DNA of 53,933 nt from a virus (lineage: Duplodnaviria; Caudoviricetes), in IMG/VR virus record IMGVR_UViG_3300027973_000070, positions 1 through 53,933 of that record; one strand, written 5' to 3'. This document shows, in pieces, positions 41,732 through 51,619 of the stretch. Below the pieces are notes generated by a model. The model saw only the letters and a program-made list of their open reading frames with translations, was not told where the DNA came from and searched no databases. Numbering within the stretch: position 1 is the stretch's first letter; each line of letters starts with the position of its first letter. The translations under genes and the position numbers were made by a program.

Positions 41732-44484
41732 TATCTTGCTCCTTTGAGATACGAGGTTAGCACTTTTGTCTTGGGCGGTATTTTATTGATGGGTGCTGAC
41801 CGCTTGTGGGCGCGGATGTTCTCGCGGAACCTGTCCAAAGCCTGTGCGCCTGCCTTGGTCGAGCCATTGCCAATCTGCGCAACAATTTCAGAATCAAACA
41901 CGTATTCGCCATCCGCAAGCATTGCCGGGATGTCGTCAGACTGGCCGTCGCCTTCTCCATGTACAGCGGAACCTTGACGGAAGTCCATGCGGCCCTGAGT
42001 CATTGGCACGTTGGAAACGTGAGACAACCCACCCCTGCGCATTTGGGGAGGCATCCCCTGCTGAGGCATCATGGGCGACATTTGTTGTGGAGCCATTGGC
42101 GGAGCCTGCTGTGGCAACCTTTGTTGTTGGGCTTGTTGTGCAGGTTGTTGCTGCCCCACTTGAGTCATCATCTCTGGGGGGTTCATAGGGGGCTGTGGGC
42201 GCATTCCCAAGTTTGCCAAGATGTCCGCAGGTTGCCCAAAGGTGTAGTACGAGGACACAGGAGTCGCCATAGAAGACAGACCGCCAGAGGCCATCCCCTC
42301 GGCGGCAACCTCTTCGTCGGCGGCAACCTCTTCGTAGCCGTAGTCGCCTTCGTTCACCGGGTTGTAGCCGGGGGCGTTCAGGTTCCGCAACAACTCCTCG
42401 TTTGGCGTGTAGTCGTCGCCACTTGTGCCGTAGTCTTCGTAGCCAACAAAGTTGGTCGGGCCAATTCCAAAGTCAGTGGTGCGTGGGTTGATAGCGCCGA
42501 CCTTCGACATATCAAAACCTTGATATTGCTCACCACCGCCAGAATCATTGCCAAGCAAAGAAGCAACCAAAGCGCCAGCGCCAGCCGCTGGAAGTGCGCC
42601 AATTATTTTTGCAACCGTTTCGTCGCTTGCGCCAGTTAAATTTTGGAAGCCTTTCGATACGGTATTTCCTATATTGTCGAAGGAAAAAGGATTGCCACTG
42701 GTCGCCACGGCTTTGGTGGTGACGTTAGGGTCATAGACCGTGCCGTATTCTGGGTCGTCAAAAGTGTAGTATGTGCCATCGCTGTAATATTGAGTGTAGG
42801 TTCCATCTTTGTTGTCAACAGACTTGCGGACGGTCACATCATCAATTGCTGTATCGTATGTGCCAGAGGATGCAACGGGATACGGGTCTTCAAGAGTGCT
42901 AGATATTTCATTCCCGTTATAATCTACGGTCACATAACCTCGATTTTCATCGTAATAGGTGTAGGAATTGTCGCCGTTATCGGTGTACTGGACATCGCTA
43001 CGAAATACATCTCCACCGGGTGCGTAGCCTGCTACTCCGCCTTTGTTCATCATAGTCATCAAGCCTCCGCGTTTTGCGTACTCTTCACCAGAATAATCCG
43101 TGTAGTCGTTGTAGTCTGTGTAGCCGCCATTGTCTACGTAATCATCGCTGACCGCATAATCCGCGTTATCTACGTAATCAGTGCCGTCTGGATAATTGGT
43201 GTAGTCGTCGTAGTTAAAGTCTGTAGTCCACTCGCCGTCACCGCCCAGTGTCCATTCAGCGCCAGTGTCTGGGTCTGTGTAGGAGGTAAATTCTGGTTCT
43301 TCCGCCTCCACAGCATCTTCTGGAATGGAGCCGTCAGCGTAGTACGCCAAGTCATACCCACCATCATCATTCATGGTGTAGTAGTTTCCCTCGCCGTCTT
43401 GGAAGTATTGAGTACCCTCAGAACCTTCACTGACTCCGTCGCCGCTGGTTGTATCAATTGTTTCGCCATCTCCACCGCCGCTTGCGGCATCTTGATTGGC
43501 TTCATCATAAATTGATTCAACTTCCGCTGGGTTTACATTTGTATCGGCCACCATGCCCGTAATAACCCCGCTGGAGTCATAGGTTGTAATCATGCCGTCT
43601 TCAAAAACAGAATAAGTTCCGTTGCCATTGTCTACAGCGCCCTCTGGAGGCGCACCTGTCCCTTCTAATGCTTTTGCTCGGTCAAGTTCTGCTTGAATTT
43701 GTTCTTCAGTCAATACCGTGCTAGTGATTGGTTTTGTTCCGCCCGCAGGAGTCTTTGTACCCCCCACAGGGGTCTTGGTTCCGCCAATAGGTGTTTTTGT
43801 ACCACCAGCAGGTGTAGGGCCAGTTTTAACCACCGTTGGCTTGCCAGTAATCTTGTCGATGATTAGCTTTGTTCCAGCACCAATCGCCGCGCCCGTGAGC
43901 GAGTTGACTAGTGTGTTTGTGGCCGTACTTGGCTTTGTAACGACAGGCTTGACTACAGAAGTGGGAGTCGTCTTTGTCGTAATTACAGGCTTTGTTGTAG
44001 TTACAGGTTTTGTTGTGACGACAGGCTTGGTCGTAACAGTTGGCTTGACCGCTGGGGTTGTTACCTTGGGCGTAGTGGTCTTTGTTGTCGGCGTAGTGGT
44101 CTTGGATGTCAGCGTAGACTTGGTCGGCAAAAGAGTCTTTGGGGCAAGCGTAGTCCTTGGAACCATGCTAGTCTTTGTGGTCAAAGATGCAGGCGGCTTT
44201 GTAGGTAAAGTTGCTTTTTGTGCTGGCGGCAAAGTTAGCTTGTTTGTTGGGCTTGTAACCGTCGAGGTGACTGGAGGAGGACTTGCGCCGCCACCCATAG
44301 GGGTTGTACCAGTGTTTAGGCTTGAACGAGTACCAGAGCCTTCAGAAGTCATTGAGCCAGAAGTGCGACCAGTCAATGAAGGACGGTCGTTCAAATTGCT
44401 GATGACGCTTTTCAGTGGCGCAACGTCAAAATCTTTAGCCTCTGGAAGTTGCTTGGTTGATGTGCGTTTTTTCAAAATCGCCAT
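41731..44484 (-). CDS. Putative internal virion protein with T/P/K-rich, D/Y/G-rich and C-terminal SDDIPAMLADGEYV regions
   Basis: 917-aa ORF; compositional blocks; C-terminal module resembling tape-measure GE(F/Y)V domains. Confidence 0.6.
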   Translation of the reverse strand: MAILKKRTSTKQLPEAKDFDVAPLKSVISNLNDRPSLTGRTSGSMTSEGSGTRSSLNTGTTPMGGGASPPPVTSTVTSPTNKLTLPPAQKATLPTKPPASLTTKTSMVPRTTLAPKTLLPTKSTLTSKTTTPTTKTTTPKVTTPAVKPTVTTKPVVTTKPVTTTKPVITTKTTPTSVVKPVVTKPSTATNTLVNSLTGAAIGAGTKLIIDKITGKPTVVKTGPTPAGGTKTPIGGTKTPVGGTKTPAGGTKPITSTVLTEEQIQAELDRAKALEGTGAPPEGAVDNGNGTYSVFEDGMITTYDSSGVITGMVADTNVNPAEVESIYDEANQDAASGGGDGETIDTTSGDGVSEGSEGTQYFQDGEGNYYTMNDDGGYDLAYYADGSIPEDAVEAEEPEFTSYTDPDTGAEWTLGGDGEWTTDFNYDDYTNYPDGTDYVDNADYAVSDDYVDNGGYTDYNDYTDYSGEEYAKRGGLMTMMNKGGVAGYAPGGDVFRSDVQYTDNGDNSYTYYDENRGYVTVDYNGNEISSTLEDPYPVASSGTYDTAIDDVTVRKSVDNKDGTYTQYYSDGTYYTFDDPEYGTVYDPNVTTKAVATSGNPFSFDNIGNTVSKGFQNLTGASDETVAKIIGALPAAGAGALVASLLGNDSGGGEQYQGFDMSKVGAINPRTTDFGIGPTNFVGYEDYGTSGDDYTPNEELLRNLNAPGYNPVNEGDYGYEEVAADEEVAAEGMASGGLSSMATPVSSYYTFGQPADILANLGMRPQPPMNPPEMMTQVGQQQPAQQAQQQRLPQQAPPMAPQQMSPMMPQQGMPPQMRRGGLSHVSNVPMTQGRMDFRQGSAVHGEGDGQSDDIPAMLADGEYVFDSEIVAQIGNGSTKAGAQALDRFRENIRAHKRSAPINKIPPKTKVLTSYLKGAR

Positions 44485-44486
44485 TT

Positions 44487-47183
44487 TTATCCTGCCTTTT
44501 TAACCAGTGAGGTCAAGCCTGCAATATTGCTCACAGGGCTTAGTTTTGCGGTGCTTGCCAAAGTTTTAGCTGGGCCAACCGCTGTTGGTTTTTTGATTGG
44601 AACCGCTTTTTGAATCGGTATCAATTTAGCCACATCCATCCTTGCCGGGGGCTTGACAGCCGCTGGCCTGATGCTTGCCGACCGCAAGCCGCCAACAGGT
44701 CTAGCCGCTGTCGGTCTCCTGTTCAAGGATGACTTGATTAAGCTACCAATAGTGGAAATCACAGGTTTTGCAATGTCAATGGCTTTTATTCCTGATGACG
44801 AAGCTATTTTTTCTTGAGGTGCTTCCGTTAGAACCGCATTCAATCCACCAATAGGTTGTTCTTCTGTTTCGTCTTTTGCCAAAGTCTTGACAACATCAGG
44901 AACTTCCGCTTCAGAAATAACTGCACCTTCTTGACTTTGAGTGTCAGGTAAATTTATAGGCTGAAAAGTTTCCGACACGGAAGCCAACGGGCTAGTTGTG
45001 CTTACAGACGCTACTTCTGAAGGAGTTTCTGATGCATCATTGAAATCAATATTTTCAGAAACTGCGGCCAATGCACCAGTTGGTGCGCTACTTGTGACTG
45101 CGTAGTCTGGGAACGCTTCTGCAATATCTACAACTTCTTTTGGAATATTTGTTGCCGTATCGGCCACCACAGCATCGCCAGTAGTTGCGCCTGTTGCGGC
45201 GATTAAATCTTTGAAATCAGAAGTGGTTTGTCCAGTCGGCACTTCAGAAACTATTGTGTCTGCTGCACTTGTTGTACCCGCCGTTGTGCCCCCAGTGTCT
45301 GCTGTACTTGATGCAATCGTTGTACCTGCTGTACTCGTTCCATCCAATGTACCCGCTGTGGTGTCTGCTGTAGCTGCTGTCCCTGCCGTACCCGCTGTAC
45401 TCGCTGTGTCTGTTCCACTTGCTCCACTTGTTCCACTTGTTCCACTAATTCCACTAATTCCACTTGTTCCACTGGTTGAACCTGTTGAACTTGTTGAACC
45501 TGTTGTGCCTGCTTGTGCTGCGTTGTAGGCTTGCAAATCACCACCGTACTGCATGTACGTTGCAAAATCAGAAAACCCAGCGTTGGTTGCCGTCTGCAAG
45601 TTTATGGCGTCTGTGTCTACAGTTGTTGCATCGGTACTTGTCACAATATTGTTTAGCGAGTCAAAAGCGCCCTCAGTCAAATTGATAGCGCCATTACTGA
45701 ACCCATCCATTGCCGCCGTTACGCCTGCATTGATTGCGGCGTTGGTCATGGCTGTAGTTCCATCACCAGTTAGAATTGTGCTAACAATACCTGCCTTTAT
45801 GACACCGACGGCTTCTTTAGGTAATTCATCTATAGACAAGCCAGAAATAATTTTATCTGCGCCAACATTTGCAACGCCGCTTGCTAGAGAGCCAACAAAA
45901 GCATCGCCAATATTGTCACCCGTTGCGACGGCTTTGCCAGCCGACACAACAGCGTTTGTAATAATTCTTGTTGCCGTTTCATTTCCAACAACTTCTTGTA
46001 CTACGTTGCTAATTCCGGGAGTAAAAGAGGCTCCAGCAACACTTAGCACCGCATTGGTAAATGCCTTTTCAACGGGCACACCTGTTGCCAGTTGAATACC
46101 AGTATTCAATATCGTGCTGCCAACCGTGGTTGCAAAAGCGGTTGCTGCTGCCCCCGCAGCCGCTGCTCCCGCTGCGGTAGCACCACCCGCCAAAGCCGCC
46201 GCTGATGCTGCGGAGGCGCTAGTGACTAAACCAGAACTGACTAAAGATTGCCCAATAGCGGCCCCTGCACCGGGGGCCAATACATTGATGGCTAACGCCA
46301 CTATAAGCGGGGCGTTTTTAGATAACCCTAAATCAGAATCTAATTGTGCCAGTGAGTTAGATAATTCGTTGATAAACCCACTGGGGCTGGTGTTTATTAT
46401 CCCGGTGTAATTGCCTTGAGCGTCATAGGTATGTGAATATCCTTTGGTTCCCGTTGGCGCAAAATATCCTGCTAGGGCAAGCGGTGAGTACGATGCGGCT
46501 TCAACTTCCTCGCCTTGATATAACCTAGCTGCAACATCTCCCCCGGTGTAAATGGGTGTAGCACCAAAAGTTTTGGCAAATGACGCGGATTTATCTTGAA
46601 GACTTGTATCCGCTTGTTTTTGGGTTGCCAAAGCTGTTGCAGCCGCCGATTTTTGATTTTGAGTGTCAAGATACGCTTGGGTGTTTGGCACTTCAACGTA
46701 GTAAGTGCCCTCTTGGTTCTCTCGTAGTTCTCGATGCGTGCCCGTCACAGGGGCAGCAGGGGCAGGGGTAGGCTCAGATGCAGGGGCAGGGGTAGGGGCA
46801 GGGGTAGGGGCGGGAGCAGGCGTAGGGGCAGCAGAGGTGAAAATACCCTGTCCTTGACCTGCTGCGAAAGCGTTGGTTAAGGCAGCAGGAAGGCTGGAAA
46901 AAACCCCCGAACTGGCAGGAGCAGCAGCAGCAGCGCGTTGGGATTCAACAGCGGCAACTTCCGCAGCCGCCATCTCTCTGAAGGTTTCAAGTTCTTTGGC
47001 ACTGACATCCGTACCAAAACGGTCGGCAAAGTACGCCAGTCCACCAGCGTCAGGCTCTCTGCCGACGTTCTGTATGTACATCTGCCGTATTGCTTCGTTT
47101 GCCGAAGGGGTGCTGTAATCGTAATCACCATCCGCACGATACACATACCCCAAAGCCTTGCGACGATATTCTGAAATATTCAT
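44487..47183 (-). CDS. Putative internal virion protein with a DUF4214-like N-terminus and Ala/Gly hydrophobic region
   Basis: MYIQNVGREPDAGGLAYF; PAPT and GTS repeats. Confidence 0.6.
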   Translation of the reverse strand: MNISEYRRKALGYVYRADGDYDYSTPSANEAIRQMYIQNVGREPDAGGLAYFADRFGTDVSAKELETFREMAAAEVAAVESQRAAAAAPASSGVFSSLPAALTNAFAAGQGQGIFTSAAPTPAPAPTPAPTPAPASEPTPAPAAPVTGTHRELRENQEGTYYVEVPNTQAYLDTQNQKSAAATALATQKQADTSLQDKSASFAKTFGATPIYTGGDVAARLYQGEEVEAASYSPLALAGYFAPTGTKGYSHTYDAQGNYTGIINTSPSGFINELSNSLAQLDSDLGLSKNAPLIVALAINVLAPGAGAAIGQSLVSSGLVTSASAASAAALAGGATAAGAAAAGAAATAFATTVGSTILNTGIQLATGVPVEKAFTNAVLSVAGASFTPGISNVVQEVVGNETATRIITNAVVSAGKAVATGDNIGDAFVGSLASGVANVGADKIISGLSIDELPKEAVGVIKAGIVSTILTGDGTTAMTNAAINAGVTAAMDGFSNGAINLTEGAFDSLNNIVTSTDATTVDTDAINLQTATNAGFSDFATYMQYGGDLQAYNAAQAGTTGSTSSTGSTSGTSGISGISGTSGTSGASGTDTASTAGTAGTAATADTTAGTLDGTSTAGTTIASSTADTGGTTAGTTSAADTIVSEVPTGQTTSDFKDLIAATGATTGDAVVADTATNIPKEVVDIAEAFPDYAVTSSAPTGALAAVSENIDFNDASETPSEVASVSTTSPLASVSETFQPINLPDTQSQEGAVISEAEVPDVVKTLAKDETEEQPIGGLNAVLTEAPQEKIASSSGIKAIDIAKPVISTIGSLIKSSLNRRPTAARPVGGLRSASIRPAAVKPPARMDVAKLIPIQKAVPIKKPTAVGPAKTLASTAKLSPVSNIAGLTSLVKKAG
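45340..45510 (-). repeat. 9-nt coding tandem repeats (G-T/I-S)
   Basis: ttccacttg/ttccactaa/gttgaacct units. Confidence 0.75.
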
Positions 47184-47232
47184 TTTGCGGTCTTTGTTTT
47201 GAATGTGAGATAAATAATACTAGGCAAAGTTA

Positions 47233-47490
47233 TCAAGAAGGTGCATCCGTTGGCTGGTTAACAGCGCCAACTAAAGCTGTTGCCCAATCTTGCCAGTTTT
47301 CAAATATATACGGGCCGGGGATGCCCTCGTTTACAAAAATGTCGATTGCTTTTAAACCCGCCGCCCATTCTTTCCAACCCTCTTCAGAGGTGTTCATTGA
47401 TAGCTGCTGCGCCGCATATGCCTCGCACATAAGGCTCGACCACGAGTCCCACGTATGATAGCGGGGGTCGTATACGAGAGCAAGCGCCAT
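47233..47490 (-). CDS. Trp-rich small virion-module protein
   Basis: Start MALALVYDPRY; WKEWA...P.PY.FENWQDWA. Confidence 0.6.
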   Translation of the reverse strand: MALALVYDPRYHTWDSWSSLMCEAYAAQQLSMNTSEEGWKEWAAGLKAIDIFVNEGIPGPYIFENWQDWATALVGAVNQPTDAPS

Positions 47491-47491
47491 G

Positions 47492-49747
47492 TTAGCTTCC
47501 GTATGGTCTGGAGTCGCCCAAAGTGACCGTGAGCAAAACCTTACCCATTTGGTAATTACCACCCTGTACGTTGCTCTTAAAAATCAACCGTATTTCTCGC
47601 CGTTGCTGGCGCATATCAATCTTGCCTGTGTCCGGGGCAAACACATAAGGGTCAGACGTTACATCAGCAGACTGAGCGTAAGGTCGACCCGTGACTTGGA
47701 ACGTCATCTCTTCTTGCTGGATGAAGTCAGGCTCCACCCGCTCCAAGTTCAACCAGAAGTTGTCGCCCACGGGAGATGTCTGAGCAGGCCCACCAGCCAC
47801 AAAACCCAAATCACTTGTTTGGAAGAAACTTTCAATGGCGTTGGCCTCTTCGTTGATGACCTCATCCGTTCCAATTTCGTGTTGCCACAAAATAACTTGA
47901 CCAGCCACAGTCTCAAAATTTGCGGTCTCAATCAATGTTGCCGTTGCGTTTGCAGACAAGGTCAAACTCAAACCAGCGAACGACATGGCTCCCGATACAG
48001 CCCCGCTGTTGACCACGGACAGCGTGATAGTCGTCCCCGCGATGATGGTCACAACAGCGCCCACACCAACGCCAGTTCCTACAACGGATTGGTTCAACAC
48101 AACCCCAGTTGCGCTGCTGACCACAATGGTGCTTGCCCCAGAAGTTCCAGTCGCTGTGGGTGATGCCGCATTGGGCGTAATCAAAGACACCAATGCGCCA
48201 GATGGAACGCTGGCAGACACAACCTGCTGTCCAACAGCAACCAAATTATTGGGCGCAATTGTGATGACGGCACTTGCATTCGTTGTTGAAATTGACGCCG
48301 TAAAAATTACCTCTTGCTCACTCAATGTTGCGCCAGCGTTGATGGGGTAATGAAACACTTGTGAGAAGTAGCCAGCAGTGCGACGAGCGCCCAAAGCCTC
48401 GCCAGCGTCGTACCAGCAGTCTTCTCGCACGTTGTAGATGATGCAATCATTGCACTCCTCTGAGTTGCCAGAGGGAAAGAACCACCAAATTTCACCAAAG
48501 CGCGGAACCTTGTTCACAAAGACTTTTTGCTGTTGCTCGTAGTTCAGGTTGTCAAAAAAGTAGTTCTGGTTAAAAGTGTTCTTGATTTCCTTGACCACGC
48601 CGTTGTACAACAAGAATCGGTCAACGCCAATCCAATAGTAGATGCCGTCATATTCGATGACACATTGGCTGGAGAGAATAGAAGACTGACTGGAGATGAT
48701 GTCATAGCGCCAGTAGAAGGTTTGGGGGACTGAGGCGACCGTAATCGTGGTGGGGCTGTAGGACACACGAATCAGTGAATCAAGCGCCCAGAACAGCCCA
48801 GAGGGCGCGTTAGAGCCACCTCGCACTGGCAAGCCCTTGACAATCTTTGTGGAGGCCACGTTGACCTCGTTGGAGTCTGGCCCGTTCCAATCAAATGGGT
48901 CTCCAGCCACACAATTCTTGATGAGGCCGTTGTCGCCATACACAAAAACGTAGGGGTGCAAAACAACTACACCGCCAGCAACTTCAATGACATCGCCTGT
49001 TGGGGTTGTTCCAGTAGTGTCCGTAAGCGGAGACAGGACTGTGCCATTGATGTCCCCAGCCAAAACCGGGGTCACAGTTGTCTGGTCAATCTGGGCTAAG
49101 TTCCGACCGGGATGCGCCAACAGCAACTGGTTTCCAGAACCCTGAGCGTCAAACGTAGAGTCAAACTGCCACAGGTTCAAATCGCTTTCCGTGAAGCCGT
49201 CATTGATTGTTGCCACATTGATGGAGAAACCGCTGCCCGTGCCGCCAATGCTTGCGGCGGTTGCGCTCAACGTGTTGCCAACCACATACCCGTTGCCAGC
49301 CGTTGTCAGCGTGACTGTGGTCACTACCGTACCAGCAACCACAATAGTTGCCTTTGCACCAGAACCAGAACCGCCTGTGAGCGTCACATTTGTGTATGTG
49401 CCATTGACATAGGTAGTCCCGCCAACCAAGGTGTTGAGGGTCAGAATCAAGCCTGTGAAAGTAAATTCAGTTACGCCAGCACCGATGCCAAGGTTGTTGA
49501 TGTTGACAACCTCAAGGCCGTTGTTGTACCCGTTAAAAACTGAGTTGACACCATCAACCGAGTTGACATAAATGCCGCGAGAGTACCCAAGTGCGTTACT
49601 GACAATTGCGCGATAGCCACCAACTTTTCTTGGACGACCGCGCTGGAAGCGAACCCAACGAGCGTCCGTGTAAAAGTTCATGTCAAAGATAGTGCCGTCG
49701 CGCTGGACGCCCGGTAGCGTATCAATGGTAAAGACCTTCTTGACCAT
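47492..49747 (-). CDS. Tail nozzle / stabilisation protein (tubular protein B or P22 gp10-like)
   Basis: PGVQRDGT...WVRFQRGRPRKVGGY, YYWIG.DRF..YNG.V, FGEIWWFFP, IIYNVREDCWY. Confidence 0.7.
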   Translation of the reverse strand: MVKKVFTIDTLPGVQRDGTIFDMNFYTDARWVRFQRGRPRKVGGYRAIVSNALGYSRGIYVNSVDGVNSVFNGYNNGLEVVNINNLGIGAGVTEFTFTGLILTLNTLVGGTTYVNGTYTNVTLTGGSGSGAKATIVVAGTVVTTVTLTTAGNGYVVGNTLSATAASIGGTGSGFSINVATINDGFTESDLNLWQFDSTFDAQGSGNQLLLAHPGRNLAQIDQTTVTPVLAGDINGTVLSPLTDTTGTTPTGDVIEVAGGVVVLHPYVFVYGDNGLIKNCVAGDPFDWNGPDSNEVNVASTKIVKGLPVRGGSNAPSGLFWALDSLIRVSYSPTTITVASVPQTFYWRYDIISSQSSILSSQCVIEYDGIYYWIGVDRFLLYNGVVKEIKNTFNQNYFFDNLNYEQQQKVFVNKVPRFGEIWWFFPSGNSEECNDCIIYNVREDCWYDAGEALGARRTAGYFSQVFHYPINAGATLSEQEVIFTASISTTNASAVITIAPNNLVAVGQQVVSASVPSGALVSLITPNAASPTATGTSGASTIVVSSATGVVLNQSVVGTGVGVGAVVTIIAGTTITLSVVNSGAVSGAMSFAGLSLTLSANATATLIETANFETVAGQVILWQHEIGTDEVINEEANAIESFFQTSDLGFVAGGPAQTSPVGDNFWLNLERVEPDFIQQEEMTFQVTGRPYAQSADVTSDPYVFAPDTGKIDMRQQRREIRLIFKSNVQGGNYQMGKVLLTVTLGDSRPYGS

Positions 49748-50979
49748 CAGTACGTCCCGCCAGAAACACCACCTGTGAAGTTACCAGTCCCAACAATTGC
49801 CAAACCAGAAGCAGACACTGTTGAGCGCAATACACCAAGAATTGCAATGTTGAATTCACCAGAAGCGGCGCGATAAACACCTGTTGTTGTTTCTGACGCA
49901 AAGTTCAACGACGGTGCGCCAACGGAGCCGTTATTCAAACTCACAACTGAAGCGCCAGCAAGAACTGTGTTGGCGTTGTATAGGTTCACAGAATCGCAAA
50001 CCAACGTGGCTTGACTGCCTGCGGTCAAAACAGCAGTGCCGCCAGAACCCGTTGTGATTGTGACGGTGTAAGCACCCGATGTCTCGTTGAGAATGTAATA
50101 AACCTGAACTGTTGACGGAACAACAATTGTGACGTTGCCTGTCAAAGTCCCGGTGTATTTTTGAATCACGTTTGAGGCTTCAGAAGCCGTCAAGGTGTAA
50201 GAGCCAGTCGTCACAGCCTTGCTCAACTGAGTAAAAGCAAACTGTGTATTCCGACCCAAGCCGACTGTATAAAACTGTGAACCACTGCAAACAATGATGC
50301 AAGAGTCTGTCGGTTGCAGAGCAATTGACGCAGAACCGTTGACCAAGTCGCCACTGGTTCCAGTGACAGTCAAAGCCCCTGTCCCGCTGTTGCGCAAGAA
50401 CATGAACCAGTTATCGCCAAGAGTTGATGCCAGTGACAGGGTCAGCGTTCCAGCACCGCCAGTCCACACATAAGTGCTTGAGCGGTCTGTCGTCAACGCC
50501 GTGTAGTTGGAAGAAAAAGTCGTGACTGGCTGACTCTGGTTCAGCGTCTGACCAATCGCCAGCAGGCCGTACCCGGCAAGGGTTGCCGCATCTTGACCAG
50601 AGGAGCCAATACCAAAAGCAATAATGCCCCAAACACCTTCCTCAGTGCTGTTGTCGGTAATGTAGATGTACTGGGCCTCGCCTACCAACACGGTCACAAT
50701 CGTGTTGATTCCCGCATAATCCATGACGGTGAAGTCTTCCCCACCAATATTACGAATCAATGCATCCTGCCCTACCGAAGCCTGATTGGCAGGAGGCATC
50801 CACAACTCAGAAACTCCAGTTGTAGTGACCTCCATAATACGAGCGGCGGCATCATCAGTTGTGGTTCCGTTGATGGGCCACTCCAACTGAAGATTTGTGT
50901 TCGCTATAGAAATATTGCGATACGAAACGTCTGTTGGTTGAATGACGTTGCCTGTGAAGGGGGAGTTAAATGACGGCAT
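49747..50979 (-). CDS. Tail structural protein
   Basis: Beta-rich T/G/S protein; GSVGAPSLNFASETTTGVY. Confidence 0.65.
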   Translation of the reverse strand: MPSFNSPFTGNVIQPTDVSYRNISIANTNLQLEWPINGTTTDDAAARIMEVTTTGVSELWMPPANQASVGQDALIRNIGGEDFTVMDYAGINTIVTVLVGEAQYIYITDNSTEEGVWGIIAFGIGSSGQDAATLAGYGLLAIGQTLNQSQPVTTFSSNYTALTTDRSSTYVWTGGAGTLTLSLASTLGDNWFMFLRNSGTGALTVTGTSGDLVNGSASIALQPTDSCIIVCSGSQFYTVGLGRNTQFAFTQLSKAVTTGSYTLTASEASNVIQKYTGTLTGNVTIVVPSTVQVYYILNETSGAYTVTITTGSGGTAVLTAGSQATLVCDSVNLYNANTVLAGASVVSLNNGSVGAPSLNFASETTTGVYRAASGEFNIAILGVLRSTVSASGLAIVGTGNFTGGVSGGTY

Positions 50980-50981
50980 GA

Positions 50982-51617
50982 TTAAGTATCCAAAACGGTT
51001 GCTTGGCGGTCGCCAATGCGCTGTACGTCCTCAGACTTCAGGGTCTGAATGATGAGGTCGTAATTCTGTTGCCACATGGGCATCCGCTCGTCGTTCTTGA
51101 CGTAGGGCATGGCCTGCAACAAAGACCCGTACAGTAAAGCCTGTGGGGCGTAAATGGTGAACCAATTGGTTTGATTGGAAGAATCAAGCGGTTGAAGTCG
51201 TTCGTAGTACAACACCTCAAAATCATACGCAACATCAGGCGAGGGAGCGACCAACCAGTGGGTGTAGTCGTAGTCCCCGTAATACTCTGGCGCACCAGTC
51301 GTTGTGGCGTCTGGGGTGTACTCACGCAAGTATTCGTACTTACGAAGCAACACGGGCTGTTTCTGTCCGTCTACGGTGACGTTGAAGGAGACTGTTTTGT
51401 GCCAACGAGCAGGTTTATCAAGGATGGGTTGACCAATTGTCATGGTCGAGGTCTGCACTGTCAGGTTGCCAAGAAACTTGATTTGGCTGGCAATGATTTG
51501 CTCTGCCAGCATGATGAACAGAGGAATTTTGGCAATAGTGTCCGCATCAGTACGGTCTAGGTAAGACTGGATGTTTTCGACCAAAGAATCGTAGGTCATT
51601 ACCGAAGCGGTTGCCAT
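50982..51617 (-). CDS. Head-tail adaptor / tail tubular protein A-like
   Basis: TYDSL...YL.R.D...IP.FI.LAE, VAPSPD, TNW....PQALLYGSL. Confidence 0.7.
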   Translation of the reverse strand: MATASVMTYDSLVENIQSYLDRTDADTIAKIPLFIMLAEQIIASQIKFLGNLTVQTSTMTIGQPILDKPARWHKTVSFNVTVDGQKQPVLLRKYEYLREYTPDATTTGAPEYYGDYDYTHWLVAPSPDVAYDFEVLYYERLQPLDSSNQTNWFTIYAPQALLYGSLLQAMPYVKNDERMPMWQQNYDLIIQTLKSEDVQRIGDRQATVLDT

Positions 51618-51619
51618 GT

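Noticed and set aside
45250-45565. CRISPR-like or non-coding repeat array; QV-repeat ORF
   Set aside because: 9-nt in-frame coding repeats without spacers; the QV ORF is their alternate frame
42643-46410. Long plus-strand ORFs (e.g. 42643-43515, 43718-44503, 45553-46095)
   Set aside because: Antisense shadows of low-complexity T/A/G-rich genes
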